Source: Squalus acanthias (Eukaryota). From it: a stretch of DNA of 64,000 nucleotides. The position numbers and the translations under genes were made by a program. Of this stretch, positions 27,026 to 39,344 are shown one piece after another. Numbering within the stretch: position 1 is the stretch's first letter; every line of letters begins with the position of its first letter. Location: the NCBI GenBank assembly GCA_030390025.1, contig CM059425.1, forward strand, positions 173,106,001 through 173,170,000, given 5' to 3'. The notes beneath the pieces were generated by a model. That model was not told the DNA's origin, ran no database searches, and worked only from the letters and a program-made list of their open reading frames with translations.

Positions 27026-28835
27026 TTTGTGTTCTCCTCACAGCTTACTGTCCCACCTAGCTTAGTATCATCAGCAAACTTGGATACATTACACTCGGTC
27101 CCTTCATCTAGGTCATTAATACAGATTGTAAATAGCTGAGGCCCCAACACTGATCCTTGCAGCACCCCACTAGTTACAGCCTGCCAACCAGAAAAAGATC
27201 CGTTTATCCCTACTCTCTGTTTTCTGTCTGTTAACCAATCCTCTATCGATGCTACTATATTAACCCCAACCCCATGAGCCCTAATCTTGTGTAATAATCT
27301 TTTATGTGGCACCTTATTGAATGTCTTTTGGAAATCCAAATATATGGCATCCACTTGTTCCCCTTTATCTATCCTGCTAGTTACATCCTCAAAAAACTCT
27401 TAATAAATTTGTCAAACACGATTTCCCTTTCATAAAACCACGTTGACTCTGCCTAATCATGTTATGATTTTCTAAGTGACTTGATACCACTTCCTTAACA
27501 ATGGATTCCAGCATTTTCCCGACGACTGATGTCAGGCTAATTGAGTAGTTCCCTGTTTTTTCTCTCCCTCCTTTCTTGAATAGCGGTGTTACATTTGCAA
27601 CCTTCCAATTCGCTGGGACGATTCCAGAATCTAGGGAATTTTTTAAGATCAAAACCAATGCATCCACTATCTCTTCAGCCACCTCTTTTAGAACTCTAGG
27701 ATGTAGGCCGTCAGGTCCAGGGGATTTGTCAGCTTTTAGTCCCATTAGTTTCTCTAGTACTTTTTCTCTACTTATATTAATTACGTTAAGTTCCTCACCC
27801 TCATTAGACCCTTGGTTCCCCATCATTTTTGGTATGCTTTTTGTGTCTTCTACTGTGAAGACAGATACAAAATATTTGTTTAACATTTCTGCCATTTCCT
27901 TATTCCCCATAATAATTTCTCCTGTCTCAGCCTCTAAGAGACCAACGTTTACTTTTGCTACTCTTTTCCTTTTTACATACTTGTTGAAACTCTTACAATC
28001 TGCTTTTATATTTCTTGCTAGTTTTCTCTCATATTCTATTTTTTCCCTTTTTATCAATTTTTTGGTCAACCTTTGCTGGTTTCTGAAACTCTCAGGCTTA
28101 CTATTATTCTTTGCAACATTGTAAGCTTCTTCTTTCAATCTAATGCTATCCTTAACTTCTTTAGTTAGCCATGGTTGGATCACTTTTCCGTGGAGTTTTT
28201 GTTTCTCAATGGAATGTATTTTTGTTGAGAATTATGAAATATTTCTTCAAATGCTAGCCACTGCTTATCTACCGCCATACCTTTTAATCAATTTAATCCA
28301 ATCTACCTTAGCCAACTCGCCCCTCATACCTATGTAATAGGATTTATTTACGTTTAAGGCTCTAGTTTCGGACTTAGGCAAGTCACTCTCAAAATTAATG
28401 TAAAATTCTATCATATTATGATCACTCTGCCCCAGAGGATCCTTTACTATGAGATTGCTAATTAACCCTATCTCATTACACAATATAAGATCTAAAATAG
28501 CCTGTTCCCTGGTTGGTTCCATGATATATTGTTCTGGGAAACTGTCCCGAATGCAGTCCATGAACTCGTCCTCCAGACTATCTTTGCCAATTTGATTTGT
28601 CCAGTCTATATGAAGATTAAAGTCCCCCAAGATTATTGCATTACCTTTGTTGCAAGCTCCTACTATTTCTTGATTAATATTCTGTCCAACGGTATAGCTA
28701 TTGTTAGGGGGCCTATATACTACTCCTACCAGTGTTTTCTGGCCTTGTTATTCCTTATCTCCACCCATACTGATTCTACTTCCTGATTTTCCGAGCCGAG
28801 ATCCTTTCTCGCTACTGTCCTTATGTCATCCTTCT
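27026..28835 (-). mobile_element. CR1 LINE ORF2 (APE and RT), frameshifted
   Basis: MGDFN, PTREQAILDL, SDHN, KSPGPDGLHPRVLKE and FADDTKLG motifs. Confidence 0.93.
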
Positions 28836-30354
28836 GCATTGATAGACAGAACCTTGTATCTGTTCATTAATGTAATCTTTTAGGTAGTTTCACAGGCTTT
28901 CTTACCTTTCAAGCTTAATCCATCAACTATCCTCATTTCCCTGGATTCACTTGTCTCTTTTTCATGGCAGCCCTCTCCCCGATTGTGCTGGTCCCAGCTC
29001 CGATCCCTGATGATTCTCTCTCAAGGTCTGATGTTAGCCTGGCCATTTCACAGACCTGTGATGACTTATTTACTGAGTCTAATACTATCCGTTCACCCTC
29101 AAAAATCCTCTCACTTTTGTCTGCCCTATTAAGTTTCTGTACCTACCTATCTAAAGCCATAACCCTTTCTTTTAGCTTATTGATCAGTAGATAATTATCA
29201 TCTCCCTTTACCCTTCGGTTAAACCTGGCCTTCCCCTTTGTAAATATCACACAGCAAAACACCTGTCTCTGTCTTATTTACATTTCTCTCTTCTGTTCCT
29301 CTTTAAATCTTAATTCTCTTGTTTGCCCACTTTTATTTTAACTTCTCACGAATGCCCTTTGCTTCTTATGTTTCTCCCATTTAGCTCCAGAAAACTTAAC
29401 TTCTCTTATGTGCCCCCTTTGTGATATTCTTTCACTCTTTTATTCCCTTTGAACTCAGGTGCTCTCCTTTTGATTTTAGACTTCCTCCACTGTTTCCCTT
29501 AGACTCTGATTTGTCTGTAAGTTTGCTTTTGCCCATGCTATATTATTTAAATCTCTGGAAAAGGAATCACTTGAAGTTCTACCTCCCCAATTTAATTTTA
29601 CCTGATGATTCATGCCTAAATTCTGCTTGTTTTAGGGTTAGAATTGCAGGTGTTTTCCAAGAGTGGAGATTCCCATGGCACCCTATGTTTATAATAAACA
29701 ATATTCATAGCTCCTACTGCAGTCTGTAATTCTTTTAATGTAGTTTTGTCAATATCAAGTTCTTCAGATTCTGTGCGCCCTGATATTTATTGATTCTTTT
29801 GAAAGTTCCCTCTTGGATACTGGACCAGCACAGCCACTGTGGCTGACTGATAGTCTGGACATTGAACCTAATTATGTTCCAGTCATTGTTTCCTAGATAC
29901 ACCCTGTCCTTCCATTGCCTACTTGTCCTGCTTCCTTGCCTAGAATTAGATCTAGCACTGCCTCCTTCCTTGTTGGGCTAAAAATGTACCAATCTAGTAT
30001 ATGCAGTGTTAGCTCTTTCAGTCTGTCACTGTTTTCCAGCTCACTGCCACTTTAATGTCAATTACTAACTGTGTTTAAAGTGTCCATGCTCAGCTTTTAC
30101 CAGCCCAGCTGCCTGAGCATGAAGGTCACACGCTGATACGCTTTCATGAAACGCGAGTGTGGTAATGAGGAAGGAAAGGAATCGAACATTTGGGGAAAGA
30201 AAATATGGATCTTTAATTGCTACTTGCAAGAATCTTCAGCACAATTCCAGTGGTCCAATGAAATATACCATGCGCGAAAAATAAGACATTTTACAGTAAG
30301 ACTAAAGGATCGTAAGAGAGAAGAACTGCAATAAAATAGAAATTGGACGATTAC

Positions 30355-30700
30355 CCACCGGTGTATGCCTGTGGCAGACCTCAAAACTTCACAGCAATGT
30401 CCCAACCTTCGCCCTCTTCTCCAGACTGAACCTCCACAAGCTGGGACAGAAAGCAGGTCGCTGCGCGGGCTGAACCCTGGAGCAGCCCCGGCACCGGTGC
30501 GGTCACTCGATGCTCAGCGCCCCGCCGCACCATTTGTTGTGTCCCGGCGGTTTCTATGGAGACCCAGTGAAGCGCGCGCCACCTCAGCGGCCTGGAAGCA
30601 GGACTCTGCAAAATAGGCTTTCATTTTTTTTAAGTATCTTGCTGGCTTTAAAACGTTTGTGATGTGTTTTTGCACCGACCGCCTCACCACGATGAAATGC
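30355..30700 (-). promoter_or_regulatory. Candidate TMEM232 promoter and non-coding first exon (CpG-rich)
   Basis: Local CpG/GC enrichment with no TE hallmarks, about 5.6 kb upstream of the first coding exon. Possible donor TGG|gtaatc at 30355/30354. Confidence 0.55.
30550..30563. promoter_or_regulatory. RFX X-box motif GTTTCTATGGAGAC
   Basis: 14-bp near-palindrome matching the GTTNCCATGGNAAC-type X-box, inside the CpG-rich patch. Confidence 0.7.
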
Positions 30701-31459
30701 AAGCAACTAGACTTGTTCGACAAAGTTGTTTCTGCCAATACATGACTCAAAATACTACCTCATCTCAGTAGCACCACCCTCTCATGCTTCCATATTTACC
30801 TGTTCCAATGTAGCCAGCACATGTTTTGCAATTATTTTCCTCTCCTCTCATGCCCATAATTATTGTCCCTTTACCATCCCGTTTGCGCTTAAAAATGGGC
30901 GGTAGTGGGTAGAACACAAAACGGCTGTTCGTCCCACCCATTTAGCACTACTTGTACAGATGGTCAGATTTTCCAGAGGACAATAATCCTGGTGGCCAGA
31001 GATCATCTGAAACATGGGGGTACTGCAGCAGAATGGTTATGTTACTGGACTAATGAACAGGAGACAGGAGTTCAAATCCCATAACTGCATTAAATAAATC
31101 TGGAATAAAAAGCTAGGGCAGAATTTTCATTGACCCGTGGAGGCGGGTTTGGAGGCATGTGGGGGGTTAAAATTGTGAAAACTGGCGGGCGGGCACAAGC
31201 CCGCCTCCACGCAATTTTCATTAAATCGTGTCTGCTGGTCCCGACTCCGTCCCGCCTCCAAGAGGCGGGATAGGCCGTTAAGGCTCTTAACCAGCACTAA
31301 ATTGCCTCTATAATGCCATTTTGAAAGGCCTTTGTGATTTTAATCCTTTTTCCACGTGAAGCACGCCTGTTCTGAACCACGAATGTGAAACCTGGCGGTA
31401 GCACATTTGGATTGCTGACTATCAGCTGCAGCTCAACCATGAAATAGGAGATGTGATCA

Positions 31460-31655
31460 GAAATCACAAGCTTTCGGAGCTATCGATTTGCTCCTTCCTC
31501 AGGTGAAGTCTTCAGGTGACTTCACCTGAGGAAGGAGCAAATCGATAGCTCCGAAAGCTTGTGATTTCAAATAAAACTGTTGGACTATAACCTGGTGTTG
31601 TGCGACCTCTCAATTTTGTCCACCCCAGTCCAACACCGGCATCTCCGCATCATGA
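31460..31655 (+). mobile_element. Penelope-like pLTR fragment with inverted 5' duplication
   Basis: Perfect 51-bp inverted repeat 31460-31510 / 31518-31568, followed by aataaa..gttggactataacctggtg tail. Confidence 0.75.
31522..31564 (+). ncRNA. Minimal type-I hammerhead ribozyme motif (mirror copy on the minus strand, 31464-31506)
   Basis: tcac-CTGAGGA-a-ggagc(aaatcgata)gctcc-GAAA-gc-TT-gtga: conserved core, stems I and II, palindromic stem III. Confidence 0.7.
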
Positions 31656-32262
31656 CCACTATCGGAACTTTTATATGGCATAACCACAGCTGTGGAAGTT
31701 TGGAGCCTGACACCCATCTCCAGGGAAACCCCTCTCGCCACCTTGACTGAGCGCTTCCTCAACTGAGGCATATACCAGAAGCATGGGAACCATTTATTTC
31801 CTTTCCTCCTGGACATCAGATTCGGACGAGGACCAGCCGTGGCAGCAGCAGAACCATGAACAACAGCACCACCAGCAGCAGCAGCATCAACAGGAGTGCC
31901 AAGCTGCTCCTCACCCACCTGAAGCTGCACAGGCCAGAAGGCGCCAGCGCGCGACCACATTGCTGCCCGAGATGCAAGGGACGCACTTGACCAGATTTGC
32001 TTAGCCTGCATAATCAAACACTTTTGCCTCGCACCTTCTTATCAGACCATCGACAATGGCCAGGAACCTGCGGATTCCTATCACTCTGACCACCATACTG
32101 ACAATTGCAAGTCATCCTAAGCCCTCAATGTGGAAGTCCCATTTGCGAAATGACAGATGCCACAACTTCAGCAGTTTGCCAGCAGAATTTTTAATCACAC
32201 CAAGCAAGTGCTGGCATTTCAAGATTAAACACAACATTACACCCAAGTGACTACCCTTGTGA

Positions 32263-34231
32263 CTACTTGTGCATTATTTTTCTTTTACGCGTGCTCCTAC
32301 GTGGTGCTTCCCCTGTGGCTTCAGCAGATGTGGAGGCCCCTTGCTCACTTTCTTGCTGCTCCTGCCTCGACACCTTTGGCGGGCGTCCTCTGGGATTGCG
32401 AGCCTGTGAGGGCTCAGCAACAGTCTGCTGCTCCTACGGCTGTGCAGGGGTTGAGACGCTGATCTCAGTTGGGTGAGGACTCTGGTGGGGCTCTGACCGA
32501 GGGCTTTGCAGTGGCTTGGTCGTGTGAGCACTTGGAGAGGAGCCCCCACTTCCTTGCTGTCTGCCACCAACATCCCTCTCATGGGTCAGCCCCACCTCAG
32601 CGCTTGCAAGTGGATTGAGAGCACCTTGTTGCACATCAGGGGGGCCATGGGGACCCGTATCTGCACTGGAAGTCCTACTCAGAAGGACTTCCATGAAGGT
32701 CTGGTTTCTGTGTTCAATAGATGACCATCGCTCCTCAAGAGATGCCAAGTCTATTCTGAACAATGACCATGTTTTCTACACTCTGGTGACTTATCTCCTC
32801 CATAGCCGTAGCCATCCTCTCCTCTACTGTAGCCATCCTTTCCACGGAGGTTGCCATCCTTTCCGTAGTGATGCGTTCATGCGCCAATGACTCCACAAAG
32901 GCTCTGCTCATGTTTGCTATGGACTCCTCCATTCGCTCCACACTCGCAGCGACCCTGGAGACAAAACCTGCCAGAGACTCCTGCATCTGTTCCTGGAGTT
33001 CCAGCACCGCTGATCTTCTGGATGGATCCAGAGGCAGAGGGTCGACATGCAGCTGAGCCGAGCTAGGAGAGTCCTGCGCCCTCCGACTAGGACTCTCCAC
33101 TGCTGTCCCTGTCTCCACTATCTGCTGATGCTCACTTGTGAGCTGTGATACACCAGGTGACAACACTACTCTATCTCGCGATGTTCCCTCCGAGGTGTGA
33201 ATGTCTGCACTGGTGCTGGATGCGCTGAATTCTGCTGACGCGGCAACCTCAGAGGTTGCAGCTTCCTCTGAGGAGTGGTGAGGCTCATGCTCTTCCTCCT
33301 GGACGGTGGGGACGGATGCTCGCGATGGTCCTGGGGGGGAGTAAAGGAAAGAGTCAGAGATGTGAGTCCAAGGTTACATGCACATTGCATATTGCAGATG
33401 ATCATAAGTCAGTCTGCTGGAGCATCAGAATCATTATCAGTGACTCATGCAATGTCAATGAGAGAGAGATGATAAACTATTCTGTCACCAGCTTGCTCTG
33501 ATGCACCCGTCTGTCCGTCCCCCACTTGCGTATCCTCCTCCACTCCCATGATCTCCAGGACCGCCTCCTCCCAGGGGGTGAGCTGGGCTACTGAGGGTGG
33601 CCCTCCTCCTGTCCTCGCTCTTTCCCTCTTATTGTGAGCTCTCTTTTCCTGCAATGAGGGAGACAAGTGGAGTTTGAGTGAGAATGAACGAGTGAGTGTA
33701 GAGAATCTATATCATTGATGGTTAGAAGGAGACAAATTCAGAGTGAGGTGGCAAGACCATGGGCCCTCCCTGTGTGTTGTAAGTTGTTTTCATAGCATCA
33801 CAGCGATAGGGAGTGTGAGGGCTGCATAGTCGAATAGTTAGGTGAATGTGACCATAGAGAGAGAGGGAATGGGTAAGGGTGCAGAGATGTCAGTGTCAAG
33901 TGGGATGTGGAGGAAGAGTTTGTCAAAGCTGAGTGCTGGTGAGGAGAGGCAATGGGGATCAGAATGAGGGTGATGGGAAATTCATACTCACTTTTCCAGT
34001 GCGCAGCAGGTCATGAAACCTCTTCCTGCACTGAAGCCAGGTTCTGCGGGTTATGGACAATGAGTTGACCTCCTCTGCCACCTGGATCCACACAGCCTTG
34101 GTTTGATGGGAAGGCTTCTTCCTCCCTGAAGAAGGGAAGAGCACCTCCTTATTAGCTCTGGCTCCCTCAATTAAAGCTTGCAGGGCGACGTCATCAAATC
34201 GAGGTGCAGACCTAGGTCTCTGGCTGGCCAT
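32263..34231 (-). pseudogene. Three-exon Harbinger Myb/SANT-like gene (exons 34231-33992, 33648-33489, 33330-~32263); one frameshift near 32760 and a TAG at 32434
   Basis: Exon 1 is 80 aa, MASQRPRSAPRF..W..VAEEVN..WLQCRKRFHDL. GT-AG junctions are in phase. Exon 3 is acidic, then heptad-like, then RGRPPK, then RRSTRKRK. Confidence 0.85.
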
Positions 34232-35792
34232 TCTTCCTGCAGGTGCCTCTAACATGCAAAGGCAGAAGCTTGGCAGTCTGCAGAGGAAGCAAGGCTTGTT
34301 GCAGACCTTAAATGCTGCAGCAATGATGACGTCATCGGAAGCGACTTTCAGACTGGAAAAACTCACTGGCCATGTGTTCCCACACGTTGGAACTCAATTG
34401 GCCAATTATGTTAAAATCGCATCAATCTCCCACATCGATTTAGATTCGGGTGGCTAACACGAAATGCGGATTACACGACCCCAGCCCGCCCCTAAATCAA
34501 AATCCAGCCCCTAGTATCAGTAATGGTGACCATGATTGCCTGGGGAAGGAAATCTGCTGTCCTTACTCAGTCTGGTGGGCCTAAATGGCTTGCATGTGAC
34601 TTCAGACTCAGACAATGTGGTTGACTCTTAACTGCCCTCTGAAATGGCCTAGCAAGCCACTCCGTTGTACCAATCCACGACAAAAAGCTGTAATAAGAAT
34701 AAAATCAAACAAACCACCTGGATTTGGACACAAAGGCACACACAGCCCAGTCAACCCTGCGGAGTCATCCTTGCTAACATCTGGGGAGCTATCCAACAGA
34801 CTAGTCAAGCAATAGAGTCACAATCGTACTCACAGGATCATACCTTTCAGCCAACGTTCCAGACTCCTCCATCCCACCAGCAGGACAGACCCACCAGAGG
34901 TGGCAGCACATTATCCCTATGTCCTTGAGAGTCCTCAACATTGACTCCAAGGTCATGAAGTCTCAAGACATGAGGTCAAACATCCTGCTGATTACCGTCC
35001 TCTCTCAGCTGATGAATCAGTACTCATCCATGTTGAACACCACTTGGAAGAAGCATTGAGGGCAGCAAGAGCACAGAATGTACTCTGGGGGACTTCAATG
35101 TCCATCACAAAGAGTAGCTTGGTAGCACCACTACTGACTCAGCTGGTTGAGTCCTGAAGGACTGGGCGGCGGTAGGTGGAGAGAGAACCAATACGAGGGA
35201 AAAACCTACTTGACCTCTTCCTCGCCAATCTACATGTCGCGGTATTGGTAGGAGTAACCACCGCACAGTCCTTGTGGAGACGAAGTCCTGTCTTCACACT
35301 CCATTGTGTTGTGTGGCACTACCACTGTGTTAAATGGGATAGATTCAGCAGCTCAAAACTGGGCATCCATGAGACGCTGTGGACCATCAGCGGCAGCAGA
35401 ATTGTATTCCACCACACTCTGTATCCTCATGGCCCAGCATATTCCTCACTCTACCATTAGCCTCAAGCCAGGGGACTAACCTGGTTCAATGAAGAGTGTA
35501 GAATAGCATGCCAGGAGCAGCACCAGGCATACCTAAAAATGAGGTGCCAACCTGGTGAAGCTACAACACAGGACTACATGCTAAACAGCAGAAGCAGAAT
35601 GCTATAGACAGAGCTAAGTGATCCCACAACCAATGGATCAGATAAAAGCTCTGCAGTCCTGCCACATCCAGTCGTGAATGCTGGTGGACAATTAAACAAC
35701 TAAGGAGAGGAGGAGGCTCCATGTGCATCCCCACCCTCAATGATGGCAGAGCCCCGCACGCTTACAGCATTTGCTGCCAGAACTGCCGAGTG

Positions 35793-37050
35793 ATCTACTG
35801 GAATTTTTTGAGGATGTAACTGGTAGAATAGATAAGGGAGAACCAGTGGATGTGGTGTATTTGGACTTTCAGAAGGCTTTCAATAAGGTCCCGCATAAGA
35901 GATTAGCGTGCAAAGTTAAAGCACATGGGATTGGGGGTAAGGTACTGTCTTGGATAGAGAACTGATTGGCAGACAGGAAGCAAAGAGTTGGAATAAACGG
36001 GTCTTTTTCCGAGTGGCAGGCAGTGACTAGTGGGGTACCGCAGGGATCGGTTCTTGGACCCCAGCTATTCATAACATATATAAATGATCTAGACGAGGGA
36101 ACTAGATGTAATATCTCCAAGTTTGCAGACGACACAAAGCTGGGTGGGCGTGTCTGTGAGGAGGATGCAGAGAAACTCCAGTATGATTTGGACAGGCTGG
36201 GTGATTGGGCAGATGCATGGCAAATGTAGTATAATGTGGATAAATGCGAGGTTATCCACTTCGGTGGCAAAAACAGGAAGACAGATTATTATCTGAACGG
36301 CAATAGATTGGGAAAAGGGGAAGTGCAACGAGACCTGGGTGTCCTTGTGCACCAGTCGCTGAAGGTAAGCATGCAGGTGCAGCGGGCGGTTAAGAAGGCA
36401 AATGGTATGTTGGCCTTCATAGCGAGAGGATTTGAGTACAGGAGCAAGGATGTCTTGCTGCAGTTGTACAAGGCCTTGGTGAGACCACACCTTGAGTATT
36501 GTGTGCCGTTTTGGTCACTTTATCTGAGGAAGGATGTTCTTGCCATGGAGAGAGTGCAGCGAAGATTCACCAGACTGATACCTGGGATGGTAGGAATGAT
36601 GTATGAGGAGAGATTGGGTCGATTAGGCTTATATTCGCTAGAGTTTAGAAGAATGAGAGGGGGTCTCATTGAAACTTATAAAATTCTAACAGGACTAGAC
36701 AGACTAGATGCAGGAAGGATGTTCCCGATGGCGGGGGAGTCCAGAACCAGGGGTCACAGTCTAAGGATAAGGGGTAAGCCATTTAGGACTGAGATGAGGA
36801 GGAATTTCTTCACCCAGAGAGCGGTGAACCTGTGGAATTCTCTACCACACAAGGCAGTTGAGGCCAATTCATTAAATATATACAAGAAGGAGTTAGATAT
36901 ATTTCTGAAGGCTAAAGGGATCAAGGGATATGGGGAGAAAGCAGGGACAGGGTACTGAATTTGGATGATCAGCCATGATCTCATTAAATGGCGGAACAGG
37001 CTCGAGGGGCCGAATGGCCTACTCCTGCTCCTATCTTCTATGTTTCTATG
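35793..37050 (+). mobile_element. Young 5'-truncated CR1 LINE
   Basis: Nearly intact RT C-terminal ORFs ([16 protein letters not shown]); (tttctatg)n tail. Confidence 0.93.
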
Positions 37051-38152
37051 AATGATCCATCTTGGCCTCCTCCTCAGGTCCCCACCATCACAGAAGCCAA
37101 TTTTCAGCCAATTCGATTCACTCTACGTGATACCAAGAAACGGCTGAGCGCACTGGATACAGCAAAGGTTATGGGCCCCGACAACATCCCGGCTATCATG
37201 CTGAAGATTTGTGCTCCAGAACTAGCCACGCCTCTAGCCAAGCTGTTCCAGTACAGCTACAACACTGGCATGTGCTCGACAAGGTGGAAAAATACCCAGG
37301 TATGTCCTGTCCACAAAAAGCAGGAAAAATCCAATCTGGCTAATTACCATCCCATCAGCCTACTCTCTATCATCAGCAACGTGATGGAATCAGTGCTATC
37401 AAGCAGCACTTACTCACCAATAACCTGATCATCGATGCTCAGTTTGTGTTCCGCCAGGACCACTTGGCTTCAGACCTCATTACAGCCTTGGTTCAAATAT
37501 GGACAAAAGAGCTGAATTCCAGAGGTGAGGTGAGAGTGACTACCCTTAACATCAAGGTAGCATTTGACAGAGTGTGGCATCCAGGAGCCCTAGTAAAATT
37601 GAAGTCAATGGGAATCAGGGGGAAAACTCTCCACAGGCTGGAGCCATACCTAGCACAAAGGAAGATGGCTGTGGTGGTCGGAGGTCAATCATCACAGCCC
37701 CAGGACATCGCTGCAGGAGTTCCTCAGGGCAGTGTCCTAGGCCCAACCATCTTCAGCTGCTTCATCAATGACCTTCCCTCCAACATAAGGTCAAAAGTGG
37801 GGATGCTCGCTGATGATTGCACAGTGTTCAGTTCCAAGTACAACTCCTCAGATAATGAAGCAGTCCATGCCCACATGCAGCAAGACCTGGACAACATTCA
37901 GGCTTGAGCTGATAAGTGGCAAGTAACATTCGTGCCACACAAGTGCCAGGCAATGACCATCTCCAACAAGCGAGAGTCTAACCATCTCCCCTTGACATTC
38001 AACGGCATTACAGAATCACAGAGAATCCCCCACCATCAACATCCTGGGGGTTACCATTGACCAGAAATGTAAATAGACCAGCCACATAAATACTTGGCTA
38101 CAAGAGCAGGTCAGAGGTTGGGTATTCTGCAGCGAGTGACTCACCTCCTGAC

Positions 38153-38325
38153 CAATGTTCCCTGTAAGCTGTGCTTTGTTCTGCGTGGCCTGTTTCTTTT
38201 AATGCGTGGTTTCTATAAATTTCTGCACATGCGCGGTATTTGCAATGTAAAAGTTGGTGAGCGGCCTGCGCGGGACCAATCAGAGTACTGCACGGCCGCA
38301 CGTGCACACCTTAGCAGGAACATTG
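38153..38325. mobile_element. hAT-type MITE
   Basis: TIR caatgttcc / ggaacattg with an 8-bp TSD ctcctgac/cttctgac. Confidence 0.8.
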
Positions 38326-39344
38326 CTTCTGACTCCCTAAAGCCTTTCCACTATCTACAAGGCACAAGTAAGGAGTGTGATGGAATACTCTCCACTTGCC
38401 TGGATAAGTGCAGCTCCAACAACACTCAAGAAGCTCGACACCATCCAGGACAAAGCAACCCGCTTGATTGGCACCCCATCCAGCACCTTAAACATTCACT
38501 CCCTCCACCACCGGCGTACCATGGCTGCAGTGTGTACCGTCTACAAGATGCACTGCAACAACTCGCCAAGGCTTCTTCGACAGCACCTCCCAAACCCGCG
38601 ACCTCTACCACCTAGAAAGACAAGATCAGCAAGTGCATGGGAACATAACCACCTCCAAGTTCCCCTCTAAATCACACCACAATCCTGACTTGGAAATATA
38701 TCGCCGATCCTTCATCGTCGCTGGATCAAAATCCTGGAACTCCGTACTTAACAGCACTGTGGGAGTACCTTCATCACAAGGACTGCAGTGGTTCAAGGGC
38801 AATTAGGGGTGGGCAATAAACGCTGCCTTGCCAGCAACGCCCACATCCCGTGACTGAATAAGAAAAAACACAGCTGGAGCCTCATAAATAAATTCAAATC
38901 AGATCAAGTGATGTCATTATAATGCTGACACAATTTTCCAACCTCACTCTCTGACTACAGGCACTTACTGTTCCCACCCACCAGCCTTGGATGGTACAAG
39001 TCCTGATATGGCTATTTCAAACACTATTTCAAGTGTCCTCAGGTAAAGCTGTATAAACCTTTTGGAGATATTTTTCTTGCTGTAGCTTGTGGATTTTTTA
39101 ATCTTAAAAGATTTGAAAGTGTTTGTAGTTGCTGTAGGTTCTGAGCTGTTGTGGGGCTTATTGTATTACAGTGCCTTCTAGGAATTTCACTCTGGGAGGA
39201 GGATGAGGAGCAGGATGAAGAAGCAAACATAGCTGCAGCTGAAGCCAGAGCAAATGGGTGAAGGTGTTCAGAGGAGTCCTTACCCTCCTAACGGAGATTA
39301 TAGACCCAGAACAACATAGCTGCAATTTTCTGAGGAGCACTGCA

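Larger units (their letters stand above)
31116..34510. mobile_element. 3.4-kb non-autonomous Harbinger element carrying a spliced Myb/SANT gene
   Basis: TIR gggcagaatttt / aaaatccagccc with TSD cta. Truncated Q-rich transposase start at 31783 (+); Myb gene on the minus strand. Confidence 0.9.
31016..38866 (+). mobile_element. Near full-length decayed APE-RT LINE (CR1 group sensu lato) with tRNA-derived 5' head; hosts Harbinger, CR1 and hAT insertions
   Basis: Head at 31016-31080 with B box gagttcaaatccc. APE remnants (ANIWG, GDFNVH, RGKNLLDL) at 34770-35330. RT motifs ([26 protein letters not shown]) at 37050-37910. Tail gggcaataaa..gcccacatccc. Confidence 0.85.

Noticed and set aside
27576..28124. 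182-aa hydrophobic plus-strand ORF (and similar ones such as 52398-52835)
   Set aside because: Antisense shadows of CR1 ORF2.
31016..31080. tRNA gene (also 6271-6350, 21200-21260, 41430-41508)
   Set aside because: Degenerate heads continuous with retroelement bodies; no proper cloverleaf.
31460..31568. pre-miRNA or terminator hairpin
   Set aside because: Better explained as an inverted Penelope pLTR duplication with hammerhead cores.
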